Source of the DNA: Phoronis australis
Lineage: Eukaryota; Animalia; Phoronida
NCBI GenBank assembly: GCA_002633005.1
Contig: NMRA01000871.1
Span: forward strand, 26,313-90,312
DNA: 64,000 nt
Reading direction: 5' to 3'
The number at the start of each line of letters is the position of its first letter. Within the stretch, counting starts at the first letter, position 1. Positions 37,652 to 52,000 of this stretch are shown here, piece after piece. The notes beneath the pieces were generated by a model. That model ran no database searches. It was not told the origin of the DNA and saw only the letters and a program-made list of their open reading frames with translations. The position numbers and the translations under genes were made by a program.

Positions 37652-38108
37652 GGGAAAACGTTTGCTACGGCAAGAAGACAGACACTCATGTGACTGTTTG
37701 TTAATCTACGTGCGTCAGAAGTACGGCGTGATTCACTTTATGGAAGTTGTATAAGCGGTCCCCCAGTCTGCTACAAAAGTGGAGGGATCACTGTGCAAGA
37801 TAATCAGCCTTGATAAAACAAAGAATGCTTGTGTGTTATACATGTACTTTGTACGGATGACTTACTAGTTAAAATTTTGGTCGTAAGGTTTTGGATAATG
37901 CTTTAATATATAGCGCTTGTATTATGTGGTTGTTCTGAAAATTTATTTGATAATTTTCATAAGAATTTGAAAAATATGTTAGATTATGTTTTCAATTCAT
38001 AATGACGCCTTTAATCCATTGAGATGTAGTATAGTCAAAGTGACGTCATTAGACCAATCAATTTGGGTGCTTATATCAATTTTATGCAGAAAATATATTA
38101 GTCACTCT

Positions 38109-38118
38109 AATAAATAAA
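38109..38118 (+). promoter_or_regulatory. Candidate polyadenylation signal of the RPTP gene
   Basis: Overlapping AATAAA hexamers in an AT-rich stretch downstream of the stop codon. Confidence 0.3.
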
Positions 38119-41100
38119 TGCTGCACAATTTCATATAACACTATATCATTTATAAAAGAGCTTATTTTATTAAAATTTATTTTAAAATCAATCACATTCA
38201 GGGGTTTCTTGTTGTTTTTTGTAGCGTATTCATTTCGAAAATGATAATGACACTGTTTCGTGAGCTTCCAGGTTTCATTCACGTATGAATGAATACGGTA
38301 AATTTAGTATACATTGTACTAACCCTGAGCTTACATGTACATTATATGCAACACATTCCTTGTATAAAATATTTTTTATGTTTTGATTGACCTTGCCTTA
38401 TGTATACTGGTCGCTAAAATGTGAATACTGTTAATTTGGCATGCGATTAAGTGATGAACATTGTCCTATTTTGAGGTGCGAGGCTTGCAGGAAATCCATC
38501 ATACAGACCACCTGGTGGCCGCAAATGTAATTGTCGGTCCTTCAGCCTTTGATTTTGTATTAGAATCTGGTAAACAATACGTTCAGATTTTTCATCATAC
38601 TAATCTCTATCATATGTATGCGAACATCGTGTCGTAGCTTAGTATTTGCTTTCAAAGGTTACAGAAACAGAAGGCAGCCGAAGAGTGTGGTCACTATATT
38701 AATATAAATAGGCCCTGATCTCCGGCGCCTTTCCGCGACGCTCTCCATATTAATATAGCTGCCACACTTTTGAGGTACGAAGTTCAATTGATTGCCTGTG
38801 TCATTTTAATGAGAACCAGTCATTTTGAATAATAATTTGTTATGTGATTTTAAAAATTCTTGTTCATAAAGATCTTGTTTACATAGTAAACAATGTTTTG
38901 GATTGATTCGGTTTAGGATATATGGCACGATATAGGGTAAAGTGAAAACGCGCATTTTAAAATGTGTCGGTTATTGACGGTGAAATCGACACATTTCGTT
39001 TCGCAACTAAAACCCGCAAAAACTTGCTGATTAAACTACGATCACCGACTGGATCGTCACTTTCCGGCAGCGGTACAGCGGGAGCGAACTCATTCTCCCA
39101 GTTGGTCCTCGATCTGCCAACCCGTGGGTAATGGATACTGGCATGAACACAGATGACTTTACACTGAGTTTTCGTCTGTCAATGAACAGCTGTAGATAAA
39201 ATAACATCAATTTGCGGACACTATGCTTGGCAATCTCAACTCCAGTCCGGACTTCCAAAATTCCCCATGCATGTACATGTAGATGTACACGAACAGTGTA
39301 GATTATTACAGTGTACATGGCGATATCGTTATCCCCCGCAATCTAGAGCGGGAGTGGGTTTTGGAGAATTAACCACCTAAGATAGAACATTAACGTAACA
39401 TTGTTTAAACGTGTGATACACCGTAAAATGTGACAATTTTTTAAAATGTAACATATATTACATTATACGCCATTGTTATATTTTCCGTCGCTTAGCCTCT
39501 CCTAAAATGTAACACGTTGTTACAGTTTACATAATAGCTACATTTTATGTCGAATGTCCATGCGAGGAATGTACCATTGTTGCATTTTACGAAACCATAG
39601 TCATATCACAAAGTAAATAACCAAAAACCAACAAGTAATATGTGTCACAACCGAAAGTATTCGAGTATTTTTGTACGGGGAATGAAGCCCGAAAATTCGG
39701 ATAACCACCCATTTAGAGAGAGGTCTCGGACAAAAATGACCCATTCAAAGAGTAATTTTGTGTAAAATTTCACATATTCTTTGCACAGTTGTTTTCCAGA
39801 AATTTAGAAAAGGCACCCTTTTAGATAGTATTTTGTAGCAAATTGCAACATTTTGGAGAGTAGTTTTGCTGTAAAAAAACCCTTTTGGACGGCACTTTTC
39901 GTGTACCTCTTCTATAAGACGACCCTCCGAGATGACAGGTCATCAATTTGGTAAGCTATTTTCATCATCATCATTGTTATCATGATCATCATTGTCATCG
40001 TTATCTTTCTTGCATGGGCGGCGCAGCAATGAAATAAGTGGGAAAGGTATAGACCCCTAGCCCCCAAATGATGCGCCACCCATGAAGTCTATGAGCGGAC
40101 CAGCAATGAAATAATTGGATAGGTCTAACCCCCAGTCCCCTTTGGGGCGCCGCCGTTACTTAAGTTATTTAACAAGGACACGGTGCAATATACACAATAC
40201 TTGCTTACCAATGTGCTAATACATTATGGTCCTCAAAGATATTAAAATCATCTCAGCTACATGTATGTTTTAACGTTTCTACGGGGCTGCCCATAATGGA
40301 CAGCGAATGCTGTTTTGAAAGGATTTAAAGGGGTTCCTAGGTTCAGCCTTAACGATATCGTAATAAACGTATCGACAGCTGTGATTGCAGAGTAGGCCTC
40401 CTTTTTGGAACTGAGGAGATTGAGATTGAAAATCTCGTTTAGACGTGTGACAACTTCAAAATTTGATTTTTTCTGACGTATCTTTAGATTAACACGAAAA
40501 AAATGAAATCAGACTGTATTCTTTGACTTGCGACATATGTCTAATTGACGTGAAGATACCTACAGTCAGATCATTTTTGTCTCTTGTTAATTTCAAAGAA
40601 CTGAGGCTAGTTCCACGAGGATTTGTAAGTTCAAAAATTGCGTTAAATGAAGTCCGGAGGCAGACATTTTTAGAGAACTAGCGACCAGTCGGCTATGGCT
40701 GAGGTCATGGGGTCATTAGAATAGCTGGTATGACGACATACACAACACACAACAATTTTGTTTGGAACTGGCGCCTATATTCTTAGAAGAAAACATTGGT
40801 TTGAACTAAGTTTCATTGAGCGTGGGTCTTATATGCAATTCATACGTAAGTGCGTACTAAAAGTAAATTTAGCCACAAATATGAGGTACCTCTACATGTA
40901 CGTCGCATAATTTCTATTTCTCAGTGGTCGGTGTATTTTATGTTGCGTCTCATAGCCGGTCGACTAAATCAGAATATTGTTGCAAAAGTAAAGTTTGACT
41001 TCCAAATTTCGCAGCGAAGTTTTACGAACAACTTCACTTCACTTTGACAAATTTGGCAGTTTCCCTTCTTGCATACAAAACTCTTTAAAAATACGGCACT

Positions 41101-42360
41101 GTTGTCGATTAACTGGCTTGAATATGGGCGAGTCTGAATCAAGCTACAGTAGCGAAATGTCCACACCGTGTTTTAACCATTCTTTTGAAATCAAGATGTT
41201 CATAGCCCTGTGCTAACAACATGAAATTGTGTTCGACCTATCTACTTGAATCGCCAAAAGCGTTGAAGAGGCAAAAACTAGCATATTACATGTAGTTTGC
41301 ATTACTTTAACTGGGCAATGTGGAAAGTGAAGATGTGACCCGTACTTTGATTTGCTGAAATTAATAACTGTGTGAAACTGAAATTGAATACATTTAAAAT
41401 TGACACTGGACGCAAGAGGTCACGACGATCCCGATGCGTTGGAAAGCAATCAGGCATCTTGTGGAAATCATGCACAAACAAGCATCGAGAATTCCTTTAT
41501 CATTTTTCTAAACATCTTACGCGTGTGTACTACATGTGCGCAGTTGTGACTTTTTTGAATTTTGCGAACTGAACCAACCAAACAAAAGCTGCTTGAATAC
41601 CCAGTTTGTGTTCTGAATCGTGGAATATGAGCAGCAAATTACTGAGATGTGTCTGGTTTTTAAATCTTAGTCAATAGATCAACTAAGGCAATGAATGATG
41701 ATTCAGTTTAGATTAGGAAAACTTGTTTCATCAGTTTGCCACATCACATGATAATTAGTTTTGTAGATCACAACAAAACATGCACTGCCTCCTAGACGCA
41801 AACCCGTTTCTTGGTTTGTTACTGTCTTTCCATAAGCACTGTTACCCCAGTAGGCTTCATCGACTACGCTAAAATAGCTTTGTTTTTGTCCGTGACCCTT
41901 TCCGCCTAGCGTCGCTGACTTCCTCACCAAAACGTTCCAGGGCATTTTACTGGAGCCAATTCGAGCATTTGATATATTTTCCGTATTCTACAGGCCGTGT
42001 TCTTAGTACCATTTCAGTAGCGAGGTTACCAACCGAATGAACTTCCCACAACCGGTTGTCGTGGTCGGTTTAAGATTTCTCTCTTCTCGCGTAGATATAC
42101 ATGTACGAAAATCCAATTTAACTCAGGACATTGGACATTGAATAATTTATCACTTGGATAATGGTGTCTGAGCCCCTTGATGATTTTTGTAGTGTTTTAT
42201 ATTATACTTTGCTATTAATAAACGTTGAAACAACATTAACCTTATGTTCTATTTTAGGTGGTTGCAATATCTCATTATAAGTTGATATTCTATTTTATGT
42301 AATTACAATATCTACTCATTAGTACCGTTCACGTGACATCTGCATGTATTGTTGAGATAT

Positions 42361-42431
42361 CATGGGCGGCACCACGCTGAAATTAGTGGAGGGCTATAGC
42401 CCTCTTAGCTCCCTATAGTGCACCGCCCATG
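42361..42431. mobile_element. 71-bp MITE with CATGGGCGG TIRs and a GAGATAT direct flank
   Basis: gagatat|CATGGGCGGC...ACCGCCCATG|gagatat; related copies at 40013-40084 and about 40090-40155. Confidence 0.65.
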
Positions 42432-42697
42432 GAGATATGAGAGAACAAAGGGGATAACACAACGACGAGACGTGGTGCACGCAAAATAAGGGAATCAACC
42501 ATTTGTTCTTATTCAGGACGCAGCATAATCCCTATTTTGTTTCCACTCTACACCAGTTAAACAATACAAACAAAACGCTCTAACTTATCTCAGTCATATG
42601 ACTTCCGATTCCACCTCGTTTTCCTATCGGTTTGCCGACGTTTTCCGGTTGACATTGGATCGAGGTTCTCTTTAACGAAGAATGGTGAGTGTTAACC

Positions 42698-45600
42698 AAG
42701 ACCCCTTTTGTACTACTGTCGTCACCCGAATTGTGGCACCCGTAGTAGAGGTCCTGAGAATTCTCGAATCGAGTTCATGAAATAGTCAGTGGAAAGCCTG
42801 CATGGCAACGGGAACCCCAAATGGCGAACCAATTTGTATTGCTGGACGTTCAGTTATTATTTTTGTAGAAACAAAATGTCGTTAAAAATGATATGTAGTG
42901 TTACCTTCATCTAGGTAATTTTAAGTATCATATTATTCGAAATGTATGACCCAGGCCCGGTGTATTGTCTCGTGAAAAACTACGGGAAGTTTTCGAGAAT
43001 TTTTTTTAATAGTTCTGGCTATGCCAGTGAACCACAGAATACTATTTACTGTACTACATCATGTGCTAAACTTTTTCGCACCAATGAATCAAAGACATTT
43101 ATCAACTTGGAAAAACAGGCAAGAATAGTCCAGCTAAAATGTGCTGTAACCCGGATTTGGTAAAATATTATAACTGGTGCTGATCTTGCATTGAAATGGA
43201 TAAAAATAAAATTGTAATTAGGCTCTGAACAAGACTAGACCAAGTAGGATACTAGTACCAGCCGTTTACACAACTGGTAACTCGACTCTGGATAATGCCA
43301 GGCCACAGACGGTGCTGTTTTTCAATGGGACTATTTATGGATATGCAGGCAAATCTTTGACAAGTGTGAGTCAATTTTGACCAAAAAACATACCTCTGTG
43401 GCCGACATGAGCTAATTTATGGTTGTATTTCAAAATTAAAGAAAAAATGCAACAGTTGAATTAATATTCAGGCACGTTCCCTATCAGTCAGCAGACGCTT
43501 TATCACGTGCATAAACCAAACGGGAAGCTGAAACGCAAATACAGCTGCCGTTGCATAGTAGTGTGGCCGGTGCAGTAGCAGACGTAGGACTTCAGACACT
43601 CAGCTGATCAAAAATGTTTATAATGCAACCTCAGTATTCACTATGTAAAATATCACAGATCAATTCTTAATTCTGAATTTTTGAGGATTGATGAAGGTTA
43701 CAATGCAGAGCATTATTCTGTGGATCGTCTGATGTTACTTAAATCTCATCAATAGGTCAAATCAGTGGTTTACTAGGTTTGTGAATTCTCATGACCTCAA
43801 ATACGGGCTCCAGCATGCGCGTGATGTCTGTTAAAATTTATCATTCTGTCTCTCTGTCAGGTCCAATTATACATACTACGTAATCGCATGTGGTGTCATC
43901 ACCACTTCCTTCCGGTTGGTGGACGATGCCCCTTCCGGTTGCACTAAACACACCTATAACCTTTGGTCTATGACGTCTGTTCTTGGCCCACTTCAAGCAG
44001 GTCGCCTAAACAAATTGTATCGAACTTACAACAATATATTTGGATTTATGAAACCAATAAACATTACCACCGCAATAGTCATTTATTGCACTGCAGCAAT
44101 AAGGTTCTGTTCAGTCAAATATGAGTATTTTTTTAAATTGTTCTCAAAACAATGAAAAAACTTAGAGCCCCGAAACAATACTGCAACTGCTGTGAACATG
44201 GACTTTTATCAATTTTATGATAAATGTCTTTATATTATCTACCTAAAATAGCTAAGAACTGTTCACATGGGGCGTTTTTAAGAAACGTCTGCACCTGGAT
44301 CAGCCTTAACGCCATCTGATACTTCGATTCATTTCCAACAATCGTGTAGTTTTAATGAAAAACGCTTAAAGGCCACGGACATATGGTGCCAAAATGACTA
44401 TTTTTACATCTAAAATACATTTATTGATGAAAGAAATCAAAAGAGTGTGTCATAGCATACCCCAGTCGTTAATTAAGTAGGCCTTCGACACTACAGTAGC
44501 CCCATCACGAACCCTATTTAGCGCCAAAAAAAAATTGAGACGGCGCTCTCGCCGATCGAAGTCTGTGACATCATCGTTACCGCGAATTTGGCTTTCATCG
44601 TGTCTCCACAGTATTGGAATCAGCGATGACTGGCCATTTAATTTTGTGGAAAATACGCGAAAAATCAAGGAAACATTAATTTTCCATTTCATGTCAGTTA
44701 ATATTAAAATTTATCAAAATAATTACCTTTAGAATTTTTTATTCAATTATCTAGCACCTATTCTAATACGGGCCCGTGTGGGAATTCCCGCGAGTGTGAC
44801 TGGGGCCGTCGAAACAGCCGGAAAAACAAAACGCTTCGTCTGAAATTTTATCGGCAATATCACAATGATTGTTTTGAAGAGTACTTTGCTAGATACAAAA
44901 ACTTTAATGTGATGAACTTTGCATTCATGTCTTATTGAAGCCGAAGGTGTGAAAGGTGCGCAATTCCAATAGGCCTACGGGCGGCTGTCAAGTGTCCCAG
45001 TAGCACCCAACAACATTGGCGAACACACCATGAATACTAACTTTACCTGTGAAAAGGGAAATTGTCCAACTTCTAGTCAGAGAGACAAATTGGTTATCTC
45101 GAAAACTTAACTGGAAGCTGTAAAGCTTTGAACGGAGACCAAAGTTTACAGCTCCCCCAGATGTGTGACCCTATGCAAGATCTGGGTCAACAAAGTGCGC
45201 GTAATCCACTCGTCGAAAAAGACCTTGAGATGACGGTGGAAACGTTCGGTTCACCGACTAACAAGTTCGAAGTGTCGGGAATTTTTACATCGTCACGAAC
45301 TATGGAAAAAACTATTTTATCGCCTTTTGTTAGGTGCCTGTCCTTCACTTGCCAATATTGAAACTCACCTCGCATTCGTTTGTTATTGAGCCTTGACAAG
45401 CCCAAATGTCCGCACATACATGTACAGTCATAAATGATGCCATGCACTTGATTGATTGCATTAAATTAAGCGAACGAAAATTCACAAAACAAAGGCACTG
45501 CTTCCACAACACTCATATTGTCCACGTAGACCACAACTGGTATTGTTCCTTGGGGTAACTCTAACAATTCTTGTACTACACTTCGAAGGTAAATGCCGTC

Positions 45601-48004
45601 CTCTAAATCAAGCGCTTCCATAGCAATGGTGGACCTTACCACTCGTTTAATTTTATTGACATAGCTAGGCAGAGGACAACTTTTACCATTCTGTCCTTCT
45701 AACAGCGCAATATGGGCACCAACGCTATTCACACCATGTGTGTGTATTGTTTCGTGACAAAAGCTCGAACAAACCTTTGAGTTCAGTAATCCAGTGGTCC
45801 TCCCTGCGGAGCCCATCGAGTCTCTCAATTTTGGGGAAAAGGGTACAAAGATGTACATATGCTACGAAACAAAACGATGTCTATAGGTCAAAATAACTGA
45901 AAAATAGTAAAAATATAAAAACAATTTTCAGGAACTATCGCTAGACTAGTGTTGAGATCTAGCAGGTGCCGAGACCAAGGCAGCCCGACCAATGAAACTC
46001 CGGACTCAAAATCAACACTATAGACACCAAACTGAAAAGTGTATATCTTGTAACAAATATATTTGTGTTTAACTTTCTAGTAATCAAGCAACATTGCCAA
46101 GTTCAGATGCTCGTGTCGTGTGCGTGGCCGTTCGCACAGTTTGATACATACATGTAGTTTAAACTTTTCGACATCAATTTTCGTCTTAAAAATGCTCAAA
46201 ATTGACGATATTTTCTTTTCGAACTGCATAGCAGTTTTCAGAATTACCCATGTCATATCAACACCGTATCACCATTCGTATCACGCAATCGCTTGGGCTT
46301 TCGATTAAAATATGTTTTACACGATAGCGTATTGTTTGTCGGGTAAAATGGCGACTTGGAAACGCAGACGTAGGTGTGTCAAGAATGCTGCGTTCTAATT
46401 GGTCAGTTAAGCCGTCAGTTGTAATTCTGGAGGTAGGTCAATTGACAGCATGCATGCACGTGCTGGTACTTACATAATTATCAGAAGGCATACCAAAACG
46501 ATAGATCATATCGTCTACTAAAGTAGGTTTCCACTGATCAAAGGTTCCCGACGACACGCTACCCTGATTCAAACTAGAGATCGATATTGTGGTGAAATGA
46601 CGAGTGGGTTCTTATGTAATCGACACCAATCGAGGTACGTTCTGTATTTATCCCATACGATTCGAATTCCTAAGTTCCTTTCATTTTTACGGCAGATTTT
46701 CACCTACACTGTTCACGTGCAGATCCTATTTGAATGTACTTGCGCGATAGGCTGTTATTTTTCTCAAGTAAAAGAAACGGTTTTAATTGTAAAGATTTTT
46801 TACTTGAAAAGAAAAAAGATAACAACAACGGTAATTGTGCATTGAACTTATTATGTTTCTTGAAAATTGTTAAGTAACAAAAACATAATATATTATAGTT
46901 ACCGAGGGATCGGGGGCCGAGTTACAGACGATATAGTTTTTAGCAACTGAAAACAGACAGAAGCGTCATACACTTTTGTACCAGATGTTGCATGTCCAGT
47001 GATATTTATACTGTTGCGGCTGTAGCGGCGAATGGCCACGTTACAAGTATGCAGAGGTCGTGTTTACGTTTCAGCTTCCCGCTTGATTTACGACAGTAAT
47101 AAGACGTCTGCTGTTTGTGAGTGGATCTGTGGCCAAGCATTCGGTTATTTCATTCTCTTTAAAACTTTGAAAGTTATGTCGACCAAAACGGTATGTTGCC
47201 AAAGATTTGCCTACATATAGGTAAATAGTTCCATTGAAAAACAGCGCTTTCTGTGGCCTGGCATGCAAATGGTGTCATCACCTTGAGTCGAGTAACCAGT
47301 TGTGTAAGCAAACTGGGCACTGGTATCCTAATTGAACTACCCTTATAGAGCCGCCTACATTTTGCAGATTATTATCAATTTCATTACAAAAGATGAGTAC
47401 CAGTCAGAATATTTTTCATAGAAAGTTTTAATGAATTATAGATCCCCAGATGTTAATATTCTCCAAATCCCAGCAACACCAATTTTAGACAGGTTATTCT
47501 AGCCAGATTTTCTTTTCAAACAAACTGTTTTAATTAAATGTTGTGAAAAAGTTCAGCACTTGATATGGTAAATAGTATTCTGTGGTTCACTGGCATAGCC
47601 AGAACTACATGTATTGACAAAAGTTACTCGAAACTTTTCATGTGTTTCATGTTAAAAAACACCGGCCCCACGCCAAAGCGGCAAAGTTTTACAATTTTTA
47701 AATGACTGATAACCATCAAGAATACATATAAAAGTATCTCTATGAAGTTAATATTATACATGTATATCACTCATTTTTTCGGAAATTATGTTTCTACAAA
47801 AAACAATGACACAAGTTACTACAATGCAAATCTGTTCGACTGTCATGCTCCATTGCCACTAGGCTTACTACAAAGGAATGTTGTACAATTCTTCGTACAT
47901 TGTACACTCCTTCTTTTTTACACTAACTGGTCCATGGGCTCTGTTCGTTGACCTCCACTAGGGGCGCCAGCGTGCATGTGACGTCAGGTGGACAAAAGGG
48001 TCTT
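42698..48004. mobile_element. Long inverted arms (about 42698-43600 and 47000-48004): a foldback element or two inverted copies of one DNA element
   Basis: Termini AAGACCCCTTTTGT / ACAAAAGGGTCTT; colinear inverted blocks, including an exact 39-bp match 43010-43048 vs 47569-47607. Confidence 0.7.
45495..45735 (-). mobile_element. Ty1/Copia RNase H fragment (GalEa-like)
   Basis: KIKRVVRSTIAMEAL...YLRSVVQEL...PVVVYVDNMSVVEAV matches Copia RNase H motifs. Confidence 0.75.
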
Positions 48005-49051
48005 AGTCACCATTGTGCGCCTGACACACAGGTTCTGAAGGCTCACAATAAAATCGAGGACAATCCGGAAGTCACGTTTTGGTATTCTCGTTGCCCAGTA
48101 ACGGCGTAAATTGAGAAAACCACCCAACACTGCACGCGGTGGTTATGTAAACGTGTACACAACGTGCACGCATTTCTTGTACGTGATGTCGGGAATTGTC
48201 GCTAATATTGAAATATTTAGTAAGTAATGATTACCAAATACGCTATGCACAGTAAGTCTGATAGTGTTCTCTAAGGCAATTTTCAGAGAGCAGAATGTAA
48301 ACTGTAACCGCAAACCAATCTCGAAATTTCTGTGCACGTCAAGCTATTTGAGCAATGGAACTTATTTCTTTAGTCATTCATTTGCGTACATGTAAATGTG
48401 ATTATAAACGTCCATTCCAAACAAGTAAAACAAACGAGCCAAACGTAGTGACGCTTACGAAGGAAGGGCACGAGGGTGCAATGTGTTTGCAGTGATAACT
48501 GAATAAATGCATCAGATGGTGCCTGCTTATGTTCAAAGGTTCTACAGACATTTGGTATCAAAATACTAGCTACAATCCGCATAAACATGCGTGTACAGCC
48601 TTTATTAGGTTCGAATTTAGTTGAAAAGAAATAAACATGTGATTCCTCTTGACCTAAAATACCCTAAATTCACTTAATCGCAGTTACCACGGAGCATAAA
48701 ACTTTTGTTTTACAGACTGTCTATCAGGATGACTTGCCAGTCATTACTGGCCAACTACCACGTATATTATTGGTGGAAAACTAAACAACGCTTTACTGAA
48801 GAGGAATTCGAGGTAGGGAGAAATTTTATCATAGTCACATGGATAGTTTATTGCTACAAGAAAGGGTTTAAATGTGGCACGGGCTTGCAATTGTCAAACC
48901 AGGAAGTCAAAATATTTTGATTTAATCTCTTGCAAGTTTCCTTTCAGGATAAAGGAAGGCAAGTTGGGTTAATTATGTTACATTGTGCGGTTCAGCATCC
49001 GTGAACGTGTGCATGTACACCAGAACGCGACTCGAGTCAGATTCATTCAAA

Positions 49052-49097
49052 ATGGTGTATTACAAGTCATCACTTGTTGCCTTACTTCACCTCCTAG
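49052..49097 (+). CDS. Gene 2 candidate first coding exon (signal peptide N-part)
   Basis: caaaATGG context; MVYYKSSLVALLHLL G|gtaggt, phase 1. Confidence 0.55.
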
Positions 49098-52000
49098 GTA
49101 GGTTTATTATCAATTGTCTCCTACTTCAGCCAATATCATCTCGTGATGTTGCTTACACCACCAAATGGTGTTGGAATACGCTTAATTTATGACGTATTGT
49201 TTATAATAAGAATTATGAATAGTAACTTCATGCCATACTTTCTAATAAGGTACATTCTAGAGTTAATTTTAAGGCAATGTATCTTGCATGAAACACGCCC
49301 AAGTAGGGCCTGCAGTAAGTAAGTAATTTTTTGCATATTTGTTTTGTTTCTTAATCAGATGTGATATTTTTATAATTTTATCTTTATTATGAGCTCCACT
49401 TTGACTAATGACATCCCCTAATGATATGACTTAAAAGTGAGCCCTTAATCGAATCAAAGTAATTAGACAGTCAGTTCTTAAATTAGGGCTGTTGCATGAA
49501 AAGATCCCTGTCAACAATATTGACATTTCAATGTACATTTAACTTTTAGAAGTGGCAGTGTTGCTTCCTTCACACGATGGCGTGTGATCGAGACCCAAAA
49601 AAAATCGCCAGAAAAACGAAATTAGCTACTAAAAATCCCCAAAAATCTTACACGGGAGGAGGGAAACCCTCTCGCGACCTTTCTTCTCCTCGGCGCTACG
49701 CGCCTCGGATTCTCTCGAATCTTAACCCCCCCCCCTTACTGAAATCGTAGATCTGCCACTGCCACTGGAGCACATTGCTAGGCCTTTTAGTTAGGTCCCT
49801 AGCTCCTCAGCTTGATATTAGTTATTTGTATATTTCTAAAGCATATAACGGTTCCAGGCGATCAGTGCAATGACCCCACGCGAGCGGCCTGCGCACGTCT
49901 GACACTACGTGTGGCACACCAAGGGCGATTATATTGTAAACTTCACTATCGATTTGTATCAAACCTTAATTAGTAATAAGACATAAGAAAGACCAATCAA
50001 TACTTTCACAAACCTAATAAATACGAAATACGCAGTTCATTTAGGGAGCTTAGTTGAATACCTACGTGGTATTGTTTAAGCAACGGGCACAGGATGCTCA
50101 TTGTTAAGGCATCAGTCCTATCAATGTTAAATGCATTGTACTGAATGACTGCTATAAGTACACATGACTACATATTTGAAAACGTTTGCTATTTTTGTTT
50201 CGTGCTTTGTGGTGATACTCCTTGTTTTGGTCCCTTAATACCCCAAAGTTGTAATTACATGTGGTATCACCATTTAGAAAATGAATATTATTGAGTACAT
50301 CAATTTGAGGACTTTTACCGCAGTTCACTTATTCAAGTTCAAACTTAAAAACTTGGCGTTGGGCAAAAAATAAACACTTATTCACAGATATCAGTGTGTC
50401 CTTCATTTTGTAAGAATTTGAATTTTTATTTTAATTTGAACGTTAATTTCTGAAAAAAACAAATACTGTTATTTGTATACGTGTGTATACTGTCTCCGTA
50501 TACATGGCGACCTGTTCCAGATTGTTTATTTGCCCAAAAATCACGATTCACAATAACTCATTAAGATCCCTTTTCAATTAATTCACAACATTTTTTTACT
50601 AGTGCATGACTTCCCGTAGTTTGAGGCTTAGAATATTTCGGACCAAAACGAAACTCTTTTCGGAATTGCCAAAATTGTTGAATATCAAAAGGCCTGAACG
50701 ATAACTTTTTCAAACAAGTTGCATTGACGTGAATCATTTGTGTATCGGAAAGTACATGTACTAGTACCTATCAACGGTCGTGTTATTTCAAGTGTTTGCG
50801 TTATTTGAGGCTTTTGTTGCTAGTTAGCATCAACTTTCATAAAAACACATTACATTACTGATGGCGACACATGTTACGTTATTCACGAGTTTGATCAGGC
50901 ATTGGCCACTTTACACACCGACTTTGGGTAGCGAAACACTGTGACTACAGACAGTTGAAATGGTCTCTTCAAACACTTTTGATTTCGTTGAAGATGAGGG
51001 TGGTGATAAATTGATCACGCCTTACAACTCCCATTGGTAAACATTACAGAATAGGATCGTTCAACGACGGCATACAAGGAGTTTGGTTGTATAGCATTCG
51101 ACGAGCAGCTGACTGACAAGATGTATATTAACTGTCTTATAAATTTCCGTGCATCCATTCACCTTGTCCTTTCAAAATGCCTTGTTCAGACCAAGACGTC
51201 ACATCTTTAAAACTGTGACAATTTGGGTCAACGCGGCAAGCCCAAACTGTCACAATTTGCCAAAATTGTCAATGATTTTTTGTGTGTCAATTTGGGTCTG
51301 TCGCAATATTGTAAGATGTGTCAATAGAATATTTTAGCTGCAGTGACGGAAAATTTCACCGAAAGTACGTTCCACAATATAACACCCAAGTTTAAGCTCA
51401 ACATTAAGAAAAGTAGGCAAATTGAGAAGTACAAGTATAAGAGGTAAATATTGTGAAACGATATTTCATACTGCACCCCAGATGATGCATCGAACAAGAG
51501 AGCATTTGTAAAAGTGTCTTCTTTTAAAGCAAAACTCCGCAACTGAGTGCATGCACCCGTGTAATGCTAAACAATTGGGCGAGAGCATAGAAAGAGTGAT
51601 CGTAACAAGCGAATAGCTTTCTAGATTTGCCCGCGGGCTCGGACGTTTGGGGGCCCAAGAGAAATGCTCTCTTCAGTTTTGTAGATGGCTTTGGCAACTT
51701 ATACCCTGGTAACAATTGCACCATGTCAAACAAGGAAGCTTTTTGGCGTCCATTTTCTTCATTTATCAGGCCAGCCAAGCAAAAAACCAGACAGAGTATG
51801 AGAGTTAACCAAAAGTCGTTCTTTCCGTGAAAGCGTCCAAGGCCCATTTTAGGCCAGTGGCCGTCTATCATATTTCAGTCGTAGAAAGCGTCTAAGGCAT
51901 AGGTAAGGAGATTTTCGGTAGGAAAGGAACAATTCATGAGGCAATATGACTCAAAAACACATTGCAAATTGATCGTTTTACTGTAAAATCAAATATACTA

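Larger units (their letters stand above)
36418..37794. repeat. Tandem ~687-bp duplication separated by an N (36418-37103 and 37105-37794)
   Basis: Copies differ by about a dozen substitutions and one 4-bp indel; N at 37104. Confidence 0.95.

Noticed and set aside
42682-42690. ATG immediately followed by a strong donor GTGAGT, as a possible first exon of gene 2
   Set aside because: It is phase 0 and does not fit the phase-1 downstream exons. 49052-49097 gives a better signal peptide. It could still be a non-coding or alternative first exon.
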